DNA of 61,893 nt, from contig JBPGPT010000038.1 in assembly GCA_051047955.1 (NCBI GenBank), positions 62,001 to 123,893 on the forward strand, in the 5' to 3' direction. Under the pieces are notes generated by a model. That model was not told the origin of the DNA. It saw only the letters and a program-made list of their open reading frames with translations, and did no database searches. Both the position numbers and the translations under genes were made by a program. This document shows, piece after piece, positions 24,910 through 37,900 of this stretch (positions are counted from its first letter, which is position 1; the number at the start of each line of letters is the position of its first letter). Origin of the DNA: Cystobasidiomycetes sp. EMM_F5 (taxonomy: Eukaryota).

Positions 24910-26178
24910 ATGGACATCTCAACGTCATTCGGAAACGGCTACAGCACAGAATTTGAGGAGAGAGACAGTCCGCTCCTCGATTTTTACTGGGATATCACCT
25001 CCTCAAGCGACTCCTCTTTATCCACGCCGTCTACACCACAAACACCTGCCAGCCTGTTGTGGATGGATGAAGTCAAGCTGGTGAACGATAACAGTGCTTC
25101 CGACATGTCTCCTTTTCGCCAAAGCCAGTACATTGATGAACCAAGTCGTCAACCACCAGCTGCATCCCCGAGTAGACCCAGCATCACAGACGCTGGACCA
25201 CTTCTGTTCCAGACGGTGTATGCTTCCCCGCTTGGTATTCCGGACATGCTGCCGCCCGCGGCGTTGTCAACAGCAGATCCGAGTACAGCCAATTTTACAA
25301 GGGCAGTGACCTATGAAGGGGTAAATTCTACACACCTTCATCCGCATCATTCTTCCAGAAACCTGCCGCGTACACCGCCTAATCGAGCACAAACCGCTCC
25401 TCGTGCACTTCTGTCATCTAATTCTAGATCTGCCATCGCGGTTCCGCACCCTAGCTTTTCCATGCCAAGACCGTCCTCCTCGTCGTCTGTGCCAATGATA
25501 TATGCGCCTGTTCCCATGCAGACCGATAGATCGTTGACGCCGTCTATCGACTCATCACGGCCGCAAGCATCGTCTCATCTGAATTGGGGATCTAATCTAG
25601 GCTTCGAGTGTGCGGCGTGCGACATGGCCTCTATGACAGACATGAATATATTTGGCCTCTTCAACGAGCAAAATGTAGACCCCTTCGCGATGCAAACTGC
25701 GCCAAGCACAATGCCGGATGGGCACGCTGCGAACATACAAGACATGCAGTTTCTGCATACTCTGTATCCGAATAACGGGATGAGCGCGCCGCACGAGCCC
25801 ATAAGTACTCGTCAATGCACTCATGACGCTTCAGCACCAGGCAGTACGAGCCACGAGCATGCTAGTCCTGTTTCCGGACAACCTCAAAATCGCCATGGTA
25901 CAGTGTCCCAGCTCAATACGAAAGGCTTGTTCACTCCTGACGTTCTTCAATCCGGCTTTCCTGGCGAGTGGGGCTCAGGTATGTGTCTACCGTCTACATT
26001 CTCCTCTCGCTTGCAAGCTGACATGGCCTATGCCCGCAGCTTTCCGGTAGTAAGCAAAGCATGCGCTCCGCGAACACCTACCTTTTCGATAAGCTTTCGG
26101 TTATGGTCTACATACGTATTCAGTCGTCATGTAACTAAGTATACATCGCATCGGTCGCATATCCGCCTAGCATTGTAG
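24910..26178 (+). CDS. hypothetical Ser/Pro-rich protein (3' end may be spliced differently)
   Basis: 422-codon ORF with disordered composition and no recognisable domain. A likely GTATGT...CAG intron lies at about 25979-26039. Confidence 0.6.
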   Translation: MDISTSFGNGYSTEFEERDSPLLDFYWDITSSSDSSLSTPSTPQTPASLLWMDEVKLVNDNSASDMSPFRQSQYIDEPSRQPPAASPSRPSITDAGPLLFQTVYASPLGIPDMLPPAALSTADPSTANFTRAVTYEGVNSTHLHPHHSSRNLPRTPPNRAQTAPRALLSSNSRSAIAVPHPSFSMPRPSSSSSVPMIYAPVPMQTDRSLTPSIDSSRPQASSHLNWGSNLGFECAACDMASMTDMNIFGLFNEQNVDPFAMQTAPSTMPDGHAANIQDMQFLHTLYPNNGMSAPHEPISTRQCTHDASAPGSTSHEHASPVSGQPQNRHGTVSQLNTKGLFTPDVLQSGFPGEWGSGMCLPSTFSSRLQADMAYARSFPVVSKACAPRTPTFSISFRLWSTYVFSRHVTKYTSHRSHIRLAL

Positions 26179-26570
26179 CAGCGACATCAACATCAGCCAA
26201 CAACTAGATCAGACATTGTACTTTGCCAATGCACTTCTACCAGTCTCCAGACCTTCTTTCTTGCTTGCCGCCTTTCTATGAATGCGTGCTTATGCTGTTG
26301 CAAGACGATGGTATATGCGGTCAACGTACCAGTTCAGCTACTGATCAGAAAGACATGCTCAGAGCCTGTCTGTAGGTAGTTTCGCGGAAGACACCCGACA
26401 ATCAATGGGAACTTGACCGGCCTCACGACGTGGGCTAGACTAGGCAGCGCAGTCTCATAGCGCTGACACGCGCAGCGCAGACGGTTGACTCAGTCGCTCG
26501 CGGCAGTCCTGCATGTCGTCACAGGGCTATTGACTGCGAGGCTTTGAACGAACGGACGCGCATACACGAA

Positions 26571-29500
26571 ATGGACCGGACGTATGCAACGAACGAGAAC
26601 GACGAGGATGACAACATGTACTATTCCACACCCGCTGGGGCTCAGCAAGATGGTCCAAGTGACGCATTGCATTCCCAACTCTCACCGCGCATGATGGCTG
26701 TTCAAACGCTGAAACGGGCCGCTTCGCTGCGCGACGGCTCGGCATCGCCTGGAGGATCGCATGCTGGCACACTGAGTCGGTCATCATCTGTATCACGGCC
26801 TTTGACGTTGGAAAGAAGCGCATCCGACGCGGCTCGACGGCTGGCAATGGCGAAACTGACTGGCGAAAAGATCATGGTGTATGTTACGTGAGATATATAA
26901 CAGATCACTCTAGCGGCTGAGATTACTCGTCTGGTCACTTAGTCCAACTACTCCCCTGCTTCCTGGACCCCTGCCAACATTAGCCGACCTGCAGGCCCGG
27001 CAGGAGCAGAAGTTGGCCCTCCATTCGCCTACTGTATCGATAGCCACCTCTGCATCCCGCTCCAATGGCCATTCCAATGGTCTATCGGAAGCGGATCTGA
27101 CGCGCTCGTCATCCAAATCCTCGATGCATTCTCACAAAAGATCGGACGACGTTAACGACAGCAGGTCTGGTGATATTGCTCCCACGCGAGGCAGTCATGA
27201 ACACGACGCGGAGGAGAACGAGTCCATTGCTTCTGGCATGGAAGAGCGAGCGCAGTCACGTACGGACATCCGTCAAGCAGCTCGTACCAATCTAATCAGG
27301 AAGCTGTCTCGCGGAAGAGTCGCAGCCGCTTCTTCTGCTGCGAAGACGTTGACGAATCCAGTCGAATCTAGCATAGGCGATGATCAACCCGAAGCGCGAA
27401 AATCTGCTAATGATGCAGCTGAGCAAGAGCCGAGGCCGGCCGCAGACTCAGATATTACACGCAGTACGTCCGTACAAAGAAGGCCCTCTCTCGCGGAGCT
27501 ATTGTCAAAGAACCGTGCAACAAGCAATGTTCGTTCGCCTCAAGCGTTCGCGCCTACGCGACCCGACCAAACTTCTGGGTTTAGAGAACCTCCGCAGGGC
27601 TCTCCGGCCATAGCAGAATCAACTAGTACTCCTGTGTCGGCGGTCAGTAATCGTAGCATTCTGGCACCTGCTACAGCCTCAAGCCAAAACAGCAGCGGTT
27701 TCAGCTCTTTCGTGTCGCCACCACTTACCTCTGCTGCAATGCAGATAAACAAGGCTTTGTATGCTCATATTCCCATGCCGCCCGTCCCCGCAAGCCCAGC
27801 TACGCCCGAGTGGACCAAGTCGCCACCTCATGCCGGACTACAGTCGCACGAGAGTGTCTATAGTGCTATATCGAACTTTCGGCCGTATCGTCACACCATT
27901 GAACGTGACCGCGACAGTGCCATCGCTCGCTTACAGACGGAAGATGACTTCGAATTCGAGGATAACAGCGATAACGACGACGAAGCACACGGCAACTCTC
28001 CAAGGTTAGACGATCAAGCTAATCTGCCGATGAGTCCTGCTCAACATGTATCTGGGCCTGCCGCTGTCCATTGTACTTCTCGCGAGACGTTTCCCACCAT
28101 AGACGAGCTGCAGACACTGGATGGTGATCGTATGGAAAGGCGCGATGTGATCCCATCTTGGAGACCTCCGGAACTCCCTCTAGCGGAGTCTATGGCCGTT
28201 CGGTCTGGTGCTACTGCTGTTGTCGATACAGCCCCGAGCCCGATTGCAACGGCTATGGAACAGCAGATGCTATCCCCAACGTCGTCTGGTTCTATCTCAC
28301 CTAGAATTCGCTTGAACAATGTATCTTCTTTGCCTGAGACACCTACGTCGTCATCTCCATCATCCCCATTCCATTTCGCTCTCACCGAGCGACGTCCACT
28401 ACAGAAAATCAAGATTGATCACGGAGAGACGGGTGCAACGGATGCAACGTACACAAGACATCGGAGTCGAACTGAGAACGCCTCAACGGACAGCTTTCCT
28501 GTAAGCGTTGCGGATTCCCGCTGGTCACATATGCCTGCAGCTGCGCCTCCAGCTGTGCATGACATGACAAATCCCTCGGCAGTAGTCGGTAGTGCGTCGC
28601 CAATCCCTGATCCCCAGTCCAGCTCCGTTCCGCCGTTGCACATCAATGCGCTGCGAGCTAAGGTCGGGTCTAGAACCAAGGCTCAACGCCTGCCAGAGGG
28701 CATTCAAATAGGCACAGCTATGTCCGATGCCTTCCCGAGCAGGGCGGCGGCGGTGTCTAATAAAGCTCTTCCGGAGAGCCCGGGAAGTGTCGAAACTGCA
28801 GCTGGTCCAGGTTCAGGTTATCGTTTTCCAACGCCAACGCATCCAGAGAATCCGTATAATCAAAATGTACGCATACTCCGCGTTCTTTGGCTGTGATTGA
28901 GCTGACGCGACATATGGTAGGTACACCTTGTGCAGACAGAAACATACCCAGAGGATGCTGTATTGGCAGAAACTACGATGCGAGCTGCTATACCACCCGA
29001 GAGCGCGACGCCGCTTCTCAAGAGTAGCTCTCCTTACTCGCCAGTCCTTGTAGCAGCCGCACAAGGTTCTGGCTTACGGTCGCCTGAACTGCCATTCTTG
29101 CCGCTTATGCACGTCAGAAGCAAAACGCCTCTTCCACTTCGCATGGCTCCTCCAACTTCCGGAGAGGATGTAGCTGTCAGCAGTGGTAAGGCCTCTGGTG
29201 GTATGCACTTTGCTGATACCGCCAGCAAGCCTTCAAATGCGCATAATCTACAATACAACGGCGGAGCCTTGACGAATCCATCGCCGAACGCAAGGTTTGC
29301 ACCACCTTTGAGTTATCATGACGGGAGCACAGCTTCTTTGGAGTCGGCTCAAATTACACACATGCCCAAGGATGCTGTGCACCCAACGCGAGGTGCAGTG
29401 TCTACCGTACAGCAAGATGAGAAGAACCAGGTAATGGATCGTCTGAGTACTCTCCTAGCCTCAGTGAATCAGACGGACAGATCTGCTTCTCCGATACAAC

Positions 29501-31356
29501 CGCCCCGGTCATTACTCCTGCACGCGCCGGTCTTGCAAGTCGTCAACGCCAATACCGTTAAAGACCGTTATTTATTCCTCTTTTCCGATATTCTTGTTAT
29601 CGCAAAACCGCTAATCGAAGACGATCACAACGGAGATCCGCTTACGCCGACACTAGCTACCAAGTTCCTTGTGAAAAGCATCGTTGAGCTGCCCAAATTG
29701 AAGCTAGTGGCCCAGGCAGCCGAAAGTGCAGACGATGTGAGCAGCAAGAAGAAGCACCCTCTTCTCCTCACCTTTGTCGATCGTTTTGCGAATGACCCAA
29801 AGAAGTCGATCTCTGCTCTCACTGCTAAAGCAGGGTTGGCGAATGACCCCGCAACGATTGCAAATCTCCTATTTCGCAATCCCGAGTTGAATCGTTCTCA
29901 GCTAGGAGCATATCTGTCTGGGCACGAGCAGAAACCGGTGCTTAAGGCATACTGCGAACGTTTCAAACTTGGTGGGATACGTATTGAGGATGCACTGCGG
30001 GTGTTCATGGCCTCACTCCGGCTGCCCAATGATTATTCTGCAGCGGAGCATCTGCTCAGTGTCTTTGCCGCTCAGTGGCTTTCGCACAATCCTGGCACGG
30101 GAATGACCAATGATCCAGTATTCGCCACGAAGCTGGTTATATCGATGATGGAGTTGAATGACGCGCTGCACTCTGGAATCAACGATGAAACTGCAGCAGC
30201 GGGCAACCTTTTCAGCTTTCCCAACCATGCCATTACTGTCGACGACTTCATTGCGGCTTTCCGGTTGAAGGACCCGCACGGATCGTTGCCCGACGAGCAT
30301 CTCACCCGAATATACGTGGCGGTACGCAAAGATAGGTTGCAACAGGCTGCGGACAATTCGATAGCTAGCATTACTCCTGAGATTGAGACCGTCATTCACC
30401 CATCAAAGCTCCCGAACCGGCTTACGTATCGCGCAGCGTCGGAGAATATATCTATCACACTCCCTCAACCTGATCCGAACTTTTCCATCCGATTGGCTGG
30501 TCAAGATCTGCGATTCGAGCCGCAGGTATTGACGTTCGCCAGGAGTCGGACAGCGACGTTCCGCATACTACCTGCTGCGATGGGCACAAAGACCATGCTT
30601 TTCATCAAGATGGGCCCAAGCGCCAACTTCTATCGTAATATACCAATTAACAAAACGTTCACAGTAGAGCGAGCCTTCATGAACTATACCTTCCAGATTG
30701 CATTTGTCAACCATCTCAGCGTCAAGCGGAAATATCTCTTTAGCATGAGCAGTGCAGACCTCAAGTTTAAGTGGATCGACATCCTACGGCAGCGGATCGA
30801 GGGGTGTCCGGGCGATGCGACTGTGCCTCACGCGTCAAAAATGGCCGGCGCTGTTGCGCTTCAAGTGCTTCGAGACAGCTTGCTTGCGCCAGATGACGTT
30901 GTTCCGGTAATGACCAAGCCGTTGCCTTTTGCAGCTCGATCTGGTTTCCATTCGCCGCCAGGTTCGAGAGCGGGTCTGAAGTCTGCTGGTGGCTTGCAGC
31001 GATCGAATTCTTTTTCCAGAACATACGCCCACGGCGCTGGTAAAGCGGAACTCGATCTACAAGAGCGCCGGCCGTCCGCTACACTACAACCTCACAGCTT
31101 GAACTCTCAGGGGTCATTGCCCCTGGGAAGTCAGCGCAGAGATAGTCGTGACGAGGCAAAATCGAGATTCGCAAAGACCGGCAGCGACATCGTCAATATG
31201 GTTCAACAGAACTCGGCTCTACCTTTGGCCTTGGGCTATATAGCTGCAGGCGCTGGCGTAGATGCTATGCCTCGTAAGGCTACCATTCAGCACACACCCG
31301 ATATCCACTCGTCGCCACCGAAGCCAAGACAACCAGGTCGCTTCAAAAACCTTTGA
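26571..31356 (+). CDS. large Sec7-domain / PH-domain protein (Arf-GEF-like, degenerate active site), 3 exons
   Basis: Three ORFs joined by GT-AG introns at about 26879-26942 and 26868+2000 region 28867-28920. Sec7 features are IANLLFRNPELNRSQLGAYL, VLKAYCERF, IEDALRVFMASLRLP and MELNDALH. PH-like strands are DRYLFLFSDILVIAK and YLFSMSSADLKFKWIDIL. Confidence 0.85.
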
Positions 31357-31433
31357 CGCAGTGCATTCAGACGGGGAATTGATTTGTTGTTGTACCAAAA
31401 TCTGTTGCATAGCACAGTCATCGCTACCACCAG

Positions 31434-34400
31434 TCAATCGAGTAACCCGTCAAGCATGACAACGTCGTTGGAGACCGTGTCATGTTTTACTTGCTTGAGG
31501 AGAAAGGTTTGGATATCCGGCCAGATAGTACCGAAAACGTGCGACGGGCTGCGTCCGGCACATGTTATTACTGTGACATTAACTTCAGCACGGTGCAATT
31601 CGTCAGCTGTGTGTACAGCGCACCCTTGCCGTAGCGTTTATTGTTTCGCAACACCTCCGCTAATGATGGATGATTTTCCGGGAAGATGCTCATAGACCTC
31701 TGCTAAGCGTGTAAGCATGTAGGACATCCACGTAGATACAATTACTTACGTCGAATAACCAGTCGCGCAACTGTGGCATCGTTTTGCTAGTGGCGGTTAC
31801 TTCTGGCGAACGTATGCCATACAGCTGTACCACCGCTCGAACGCGCTTTTGGCAGCGTGCTGGAATAGATCTCACTCAGTCGTTTCGTCACCAACAATAT
31901 CTAATGGAACAGCACACCTCTCTGATTCAGCAAGTATGTAAGGGTATTGCAAGCTGCCCCTTGCCCAATTATTGCAATGTTTTTGGCCTTGGTGGCAAGG
32001 CTAAAGAACGATTAGCGACGCAAGTCTTGCGTATCGAAAGTCGTTCTTACTCTAAAATATTATCCCACACGTGCAGTATGAGCTCCTTCTCGAGCCGAGT
32101 CGATTCGCCCTGATCAGACTGTGCCGCCAAGTTTCAGCAAGGCAGCCCAAGTGCTGACAGCAACTTACGCTTGCACTATGAGGCAAAAGATTTAGATCCA
32201 GTAGAGCCCAGCCTTGTGATATAACCCAATCGATGACGTGCGAAGCCGTGTCGACCTTTACATGCGTACATCAGCATGTGAAGTAACGTCGAGAATTACA
32301 AATGCATAGCCTTACCAGAAAGGCACCCTCTTGGACAATATTGGCTACATCGTGCTCCAGCTCAGCTCTGATATTCCCGCTGTTCAAAAAATGACGGATG
32401 CTTAGGTCAGCTCGCTAATCGAGTAATGCCTTGGCTAAAGACACTACCTGTCGTGAAGGTACAGAACAATAGTTTCTGCCGAATATAAATTGCCGCTGCA
32501 AGGAAGCCACTCAATACAATGCAGAGCTCGACTGAGATAGGCGAGTCCGTACGTCACCAGCAGCTGATCGTGAAATGCAGCCTCAAGGCTATCGATCACT
32601 AAGGGGACGTTGTAGAGGCCTGCCCTCTGCCAAAGAGTGTAGTTTCTATGATCTTTAAGGATCTCTGTAGGAGAAGGAGGACCAGAATGCTCAATCAGCA
32701 CTGTTGACTCCTGCTTGGGATAGACTTACCTGAAAGCGGCGTCACTGTGGCAACGGCTTGATAATCTGTATTTGCGCGTCAAGTTAAAGCGTCCTTTGCC
32801 CTGGATGGCTTGCTCTTACCTTCTCTTCGAGGGAAGGTGGGTTTGATGCAGTCCCAGAACTGACTCTGAACCTCTGCGACCAGATGGCAAACCGATGTCG
32901 CCGCCGTTGATGCCACCATTGGCGGTAATTCCGGCGGCAGCTCGCCAAGCATGACCCGAACGCATGCTAGAGCAGACGTTGCAATAACATCGACGTTATA
33001 CCCGCCCTTGTCTTGTACATCAACAAACGGACATGTTTGAACACGTTCCTAAGAGCTCACCTCCAAAGCTAGGACTAATCTGCCTTTGGCAAGTGCCGAT
33101 AGCATGTACGTCATGTGGGCATATCCAGCTGGTGTTACTTCACATCCTCCAAGGGGGTCGCCCTCAGCTGCATCGTATCCAGCAGAGACTGTGAATCGTG
33201 TTAGCGGACACTGAAAGGTATTACCAGCCACGGCACTCACCGAGCACAAAGTCGGGCGCGAATTCATGCGCAATCGGCATGACTATTTTTTGGAAGGCGT
33301 GCAGATAGTCGGCGTCCTTGACCTCTCCGCACGACCATGGTATATTGACGGACCTGTCAAGGCGGAACAGAGGGGAAACTTCACTCAATTTGCGTAGTAA
33401 TTCTTTGGTGGATTGCATGCAACTGACTTTCCATTGCCCAAACCACCGCCCGTCATATTCATTGCACCATAACTACCGCCTGGGTAGAATGTTCCGTTAT
33501 CGTAGCGATGCAGGGAGATGTACAAGACGTCCGGATCGGTCCAGAAGGCGCGCTGCGTTCCGTTGCCTGGTACAGGCAGTTGAGAGCTGCGCAGTACAAG
33601 CTAGCGTTCCGATTGCCTTACCGTGATGTACATCCCTTGAACAGATTGGACTTAGTATAGATAGTATTTGGCTTGAGTTGGACATACCAGTCCAAGATGA
33701 GGATACGCCGAATACCCTTCTCCTTGTAAAGCGCCTTTAGGTATTGAGCGGCGACGGCTACATTATTCTGGCATGCGGGTTCAACAGTCAATGTTGCGAG
33801 AACAGGCTGGTCAAGGAGAACTGACGTAAAAACAGAAGCCCATTGCATGTTCGGGCTCCGAATGATGGCCGGGAGGGCTATATGGTGCAGTCAGCGTAAG
33901 ATCCAATATTCACGGAGTATACTGAGCGTACCGTACTATAGCGAAGGCGTTCTGTATTCGGTCCTCTGCGACTGCGCGACAAGACTCTATCACGCCTCCG
34001 AGGGACAACCTCGCACACAGAGCAGTATGCTCGTTGACAAACAATGATTCGCGTGTAAATAGTTTGCGATTCAGATCAAAAAAGTCTGGCGGTTGTGCTG
34101 TCGAATGCATTGTGTTACGGTCAGCAGCAGACATTGCGTTCAAGAAATGTGTTGTTCTTGCATTCAAAAGCATTTATCCTGTCCCACAGTATTCCAGTAT
34201 GCACTAGAGATGCTTCGGCGCGAACTGCTTCGCGTATCTCTATCCGTTCCATCCGGCTCAACAGGCCGCTGTCTGCAGAGGTCATAATCAGCGAGGGGGT
34301 GACTGGCGAAAGAGGGCCGTCTGCCGACTGTGGAATGTTTCGTGAATCTTTGCTATCCGCTCTGGCTTCTCTGGGTGTTCTTCGTCCAAGGGGTCATCTG

Positions 34401-34743
34401 GGTCCAGTCTATACTGATGCAGTAGCATTTTCGAGCTGTAGCAGTAGCCTGTACATCTGTCCATCAGCGTCGACCTGTCATAAGTCGCATCAACAACCCC
34501 ACCCGTCCCCTTGCGCAGCTTTGGAACATGCCCATTGACCTGGGGAGGCGGCTGCTTTTGCGCGAGTCCATTGGCGGGCTGCCTCGCTTGCAACGACTGC
34601 GTGCTCCTCTCGGTCGTCTCTCCGCTGCTGCTGCCAGCAAAGGTCGATATGGCAGCTACTGCCGACAGACCTCCAGAGACGACGTGGGCCGCTATGGCAT
34701 CGTAGGGGACCCTCGATGGCCCTGCAATGGCCTGCACGTCCAT
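31434..34743 (-). CDS. HDA1: class II histone deacetylase Hda1/Clr3 with C-terminal Arb2-like domain
   Basis: Motifs [68 protein letters not shown] and LALE|GGYN. Many introns; the 3' end was reconstructed by eye. Confidence 0.92.
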
Positions 34744-34930
34744 GCTGCAGAGTAAGTGGCAGACACCTAATGCTGTCGGTGACGGGGTAAGCTGTCAAAC
34801 ATACACGATAGTCAATCGAGGTTGGGAAATGGCATTGATATACAAGCTCGTCTAATGCTCGTCTAATGCAAAGCATTGAAATGTTGCATGCCTAATGCTA
34901 TGATGAACATGCTATGACACCCGCCCAGCC

Positions 34931-37900
34931 ATGTCCTGGCAAGAATACGCCCGGCTGTATCTGCCAGGCGCAACATGTCTGGCCTTTGACACGCAGTCCG
35001 AGCTGCTGTGGAGCGGGACTCTGTCCGGCCACGTCTCGTCGCTCATCGCAAAGCCCGACTTCAACTTTAGCCGCTACACGGCGTATCGCGGTCATCTTCC
35101 AGGTCCGACAAAGGAGGTCGTCGCTGACGATAGAGGCGTCCTGTCGGTCGGGGGAAGCATAAAGCTAGCCAACCGGCGAGGCTTGACGCTCTGGAGTGCA
35201 TAGTGAGGCTGCTTTGGATGTGACGGTGTCGTGATTATGCGCCTGATGGAATGGATACTTTTTTTAAACATTTCCGGTGTCTTGATGCAGCGATCAAGGC
35301 AGCTATGCCAGTGCATGCTTCTCCAATGCATCAAGTTCGGAGATAGTCGCAGGTGGTCTCGGAATACTAGGCAGCGCCCCGCCGGATATCGTATGCATTA
35401 ATGCTGCGACAGGCACCACCATACGAAAAGTGAGAATCACTTGCTCGCCCCATAGAGACTATCTACTCACACACTCCCTCTTCAGGTTCCCGTCACCTCC
35501 CCAGTATCGTTCGTTCGCAGGTCAAAACTCATCTGCTGCGGCCATGCCGATGGCGAGGTTGTCCTGCACGATCCCCGCAGTCTCGCATCCGAGCACTCCT
35601 TCAAGGCTCATGCTAGCGGGCTATCCGGATTGGAAACGGATGGCAACCTGGTCTACACGTATGGCTATTCGCTAAGGTAGATTTGCAATGTAGTCATGCT
35701 CGGCTGCCCCGCTTGCTTTACGCTAACAGCGTGCAAACCACGACAGTCGCAGAGGAACGCCAATTGTAGACCCTATTGTCAAGGTTTTTGACGTCCGAAA
35801 CCTCAGATCCATGGCACCAGTCAGCTTTCCGCACTTGCCCGCCTTCATGCGACCACACCCCCGAAACAGCTCGACCATCGTTGTCGTTTCCGCCCAAGGT
35901 CATATACAGGTATCCGATATCAATAATCCAACAAATCTACAATTCTACAATATCGAAACGGACTCCTATTTAACAGCTATGGCCATGTCGTCAACAGGCG
36001 AAGGTATGGCATTCACAGACGCAGACGGGTCGCTGCACGTCTGGTCTAGCGTGGCAGCACCCGAAGTTCCTCGCTTCTCTCGGTCGGATATACCCATAGA
36101 CTTACCGCAGCCTCCCGAACCTCCTCGGCAGGTAAATTGGGCGACGCACACGCCACTGAGCGAAATTGGCATGCCGTTTTACAATGCTCAACTACTTTCC
36201 GTTCTCCCTTGGGAAAACTATTCGACACCATACTCTCAACTGGGTCAAGCGCCCCGCAAGATTGATCCTGCCATTCTGGCATCGATGAAGACTGTCGACT
36301 TTGTGGGTTATGCTCTCAATCCAAAGACTCATTTACGCAATCAAGCGCTCCTACGCGAAAATGCTGCAAAGGAAGCAAAACGCAAGATGGATGTGCCCCT
36401 CTTCCGAAGTGAAAAGGAGAGAGCAAAGACTTCAAGGCGGCGCCGATCCTCGAGGGGCGCTAACGCAATCATGGGAGCCAATGTGAATCTGCTGTCCGAC
36501 AACTGTATATACATATCCACTAATTGCTTCCTACAGACGACCGAGACAGGAGATGAAAGCGATCTGACCCAGAAAATCATGCCCAAATACTATCGCAAGG
36601 TTGAAATCAAGTATAGCAAGTTTGGCGTAGACGATTTCGACTTTGCGTAAGTGATGTCGTATGGGCACATTTACGACACAAACTGATCTTTCAGCATTTA
36701 GCTTTTACAATAAGACACCGTATAGTGGTCTGGAAACACACATCGTCAACTCGTACACCAACGCTCTTCTTCAAGCATACCGATTCCTAGAGCCACTCCG
36801 GAAACTGGCGGAATCGCATATTTGGACCGACTGTGCACGAGAAAACTGCTTCTTGTGCGAAGCTGGCTTTCTTTTTAAGATTCTGCAAGATGCGGGCGGC
36901 ATCAATTGCCAGGCAAGCAACTTTTCAAAAGTCTTTTCTAGCAGTTCACAGGGTGCGGCACAAATGCTTGTCGTTGAACTCCTCGCTCACATACATACTC
37001 CCAGCCGCTGCTTTAGGTCTTATGGACTTTGATGACAGCACTTCACAAGCAGCATATTCGTCATTGATACAAACCTGCAATCGCTTCTTGCTAGAGTGTA
37101 TGAGTAACGAATGTGACACGCCAGGTTCCAATAAGTTTATACAGAAGCCGGCGCCCGCTATTCAAGGCGCCGCTTCGACAGCGCCGTCGCCTCTCACCCA
37201 GCTCGTAGCACTATCGGTGCGCACCACGAGTAGTTGCAGCTCCTGTGGACATCGCTCTCATCGCGACAATACATCGAATGTACTGGACTTTGTGTACCCG
37301 CGCCAGGTAAGACGCAGTCCTTTACGTGCGTTTGATGTGCCTGCTAACATCAATTCGGACTCTAAGCATCTTTCAAACGAGACGCCTCCGCCTCGCGATT
37401 TCTTCTCGATCTTCAAGGCCTCCATTGCAAGAGAGAATGTCACACGTTCAATATGCCCCGCATGCCGGAAGACTACAGCCGCTAAAGTTCGCCGCCAATT
37501 AACCGGCGCGCCATTGCCGACTATCCTGGCCGTGAACACGGCCGTCCATACTTCGGATCATATGCAAGTCTGGTTGGACACGCCTGCTGAAATTGGTTCT
37601 CGCTTTCTGCAACCGAGAATCGGTATAAGTGCTTTAGGGGATCGCGTAGTCGCCGTCCTCGACAATGAGCCGCTGCTCCAGGACGGTTTGGTTGTATACG
37701 AATTGCAATCAATCATTGCTCAGATACAGGCAATCGACGATCCTGCTCACCTTGTGACTCTTGTCAAGAGTAAGTCTGCGCTAATTTGCAACAAAATCGA
37801 AGCGTTCTGATCCACGATGCAGTGCCAGGGAAGGATGGAGCTGCCACGGGCTGGTATCTTTTCAACGACTTCCTGGTGAAACCAATCTCAGAAGAAGAAG

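Noticed and set aside
36715..36780. Pan2 UCH domain lacking the catalytic Cys (NSYTNALLQ)
   Set aside because: This is the known normal state of Pan2, not a novelty.
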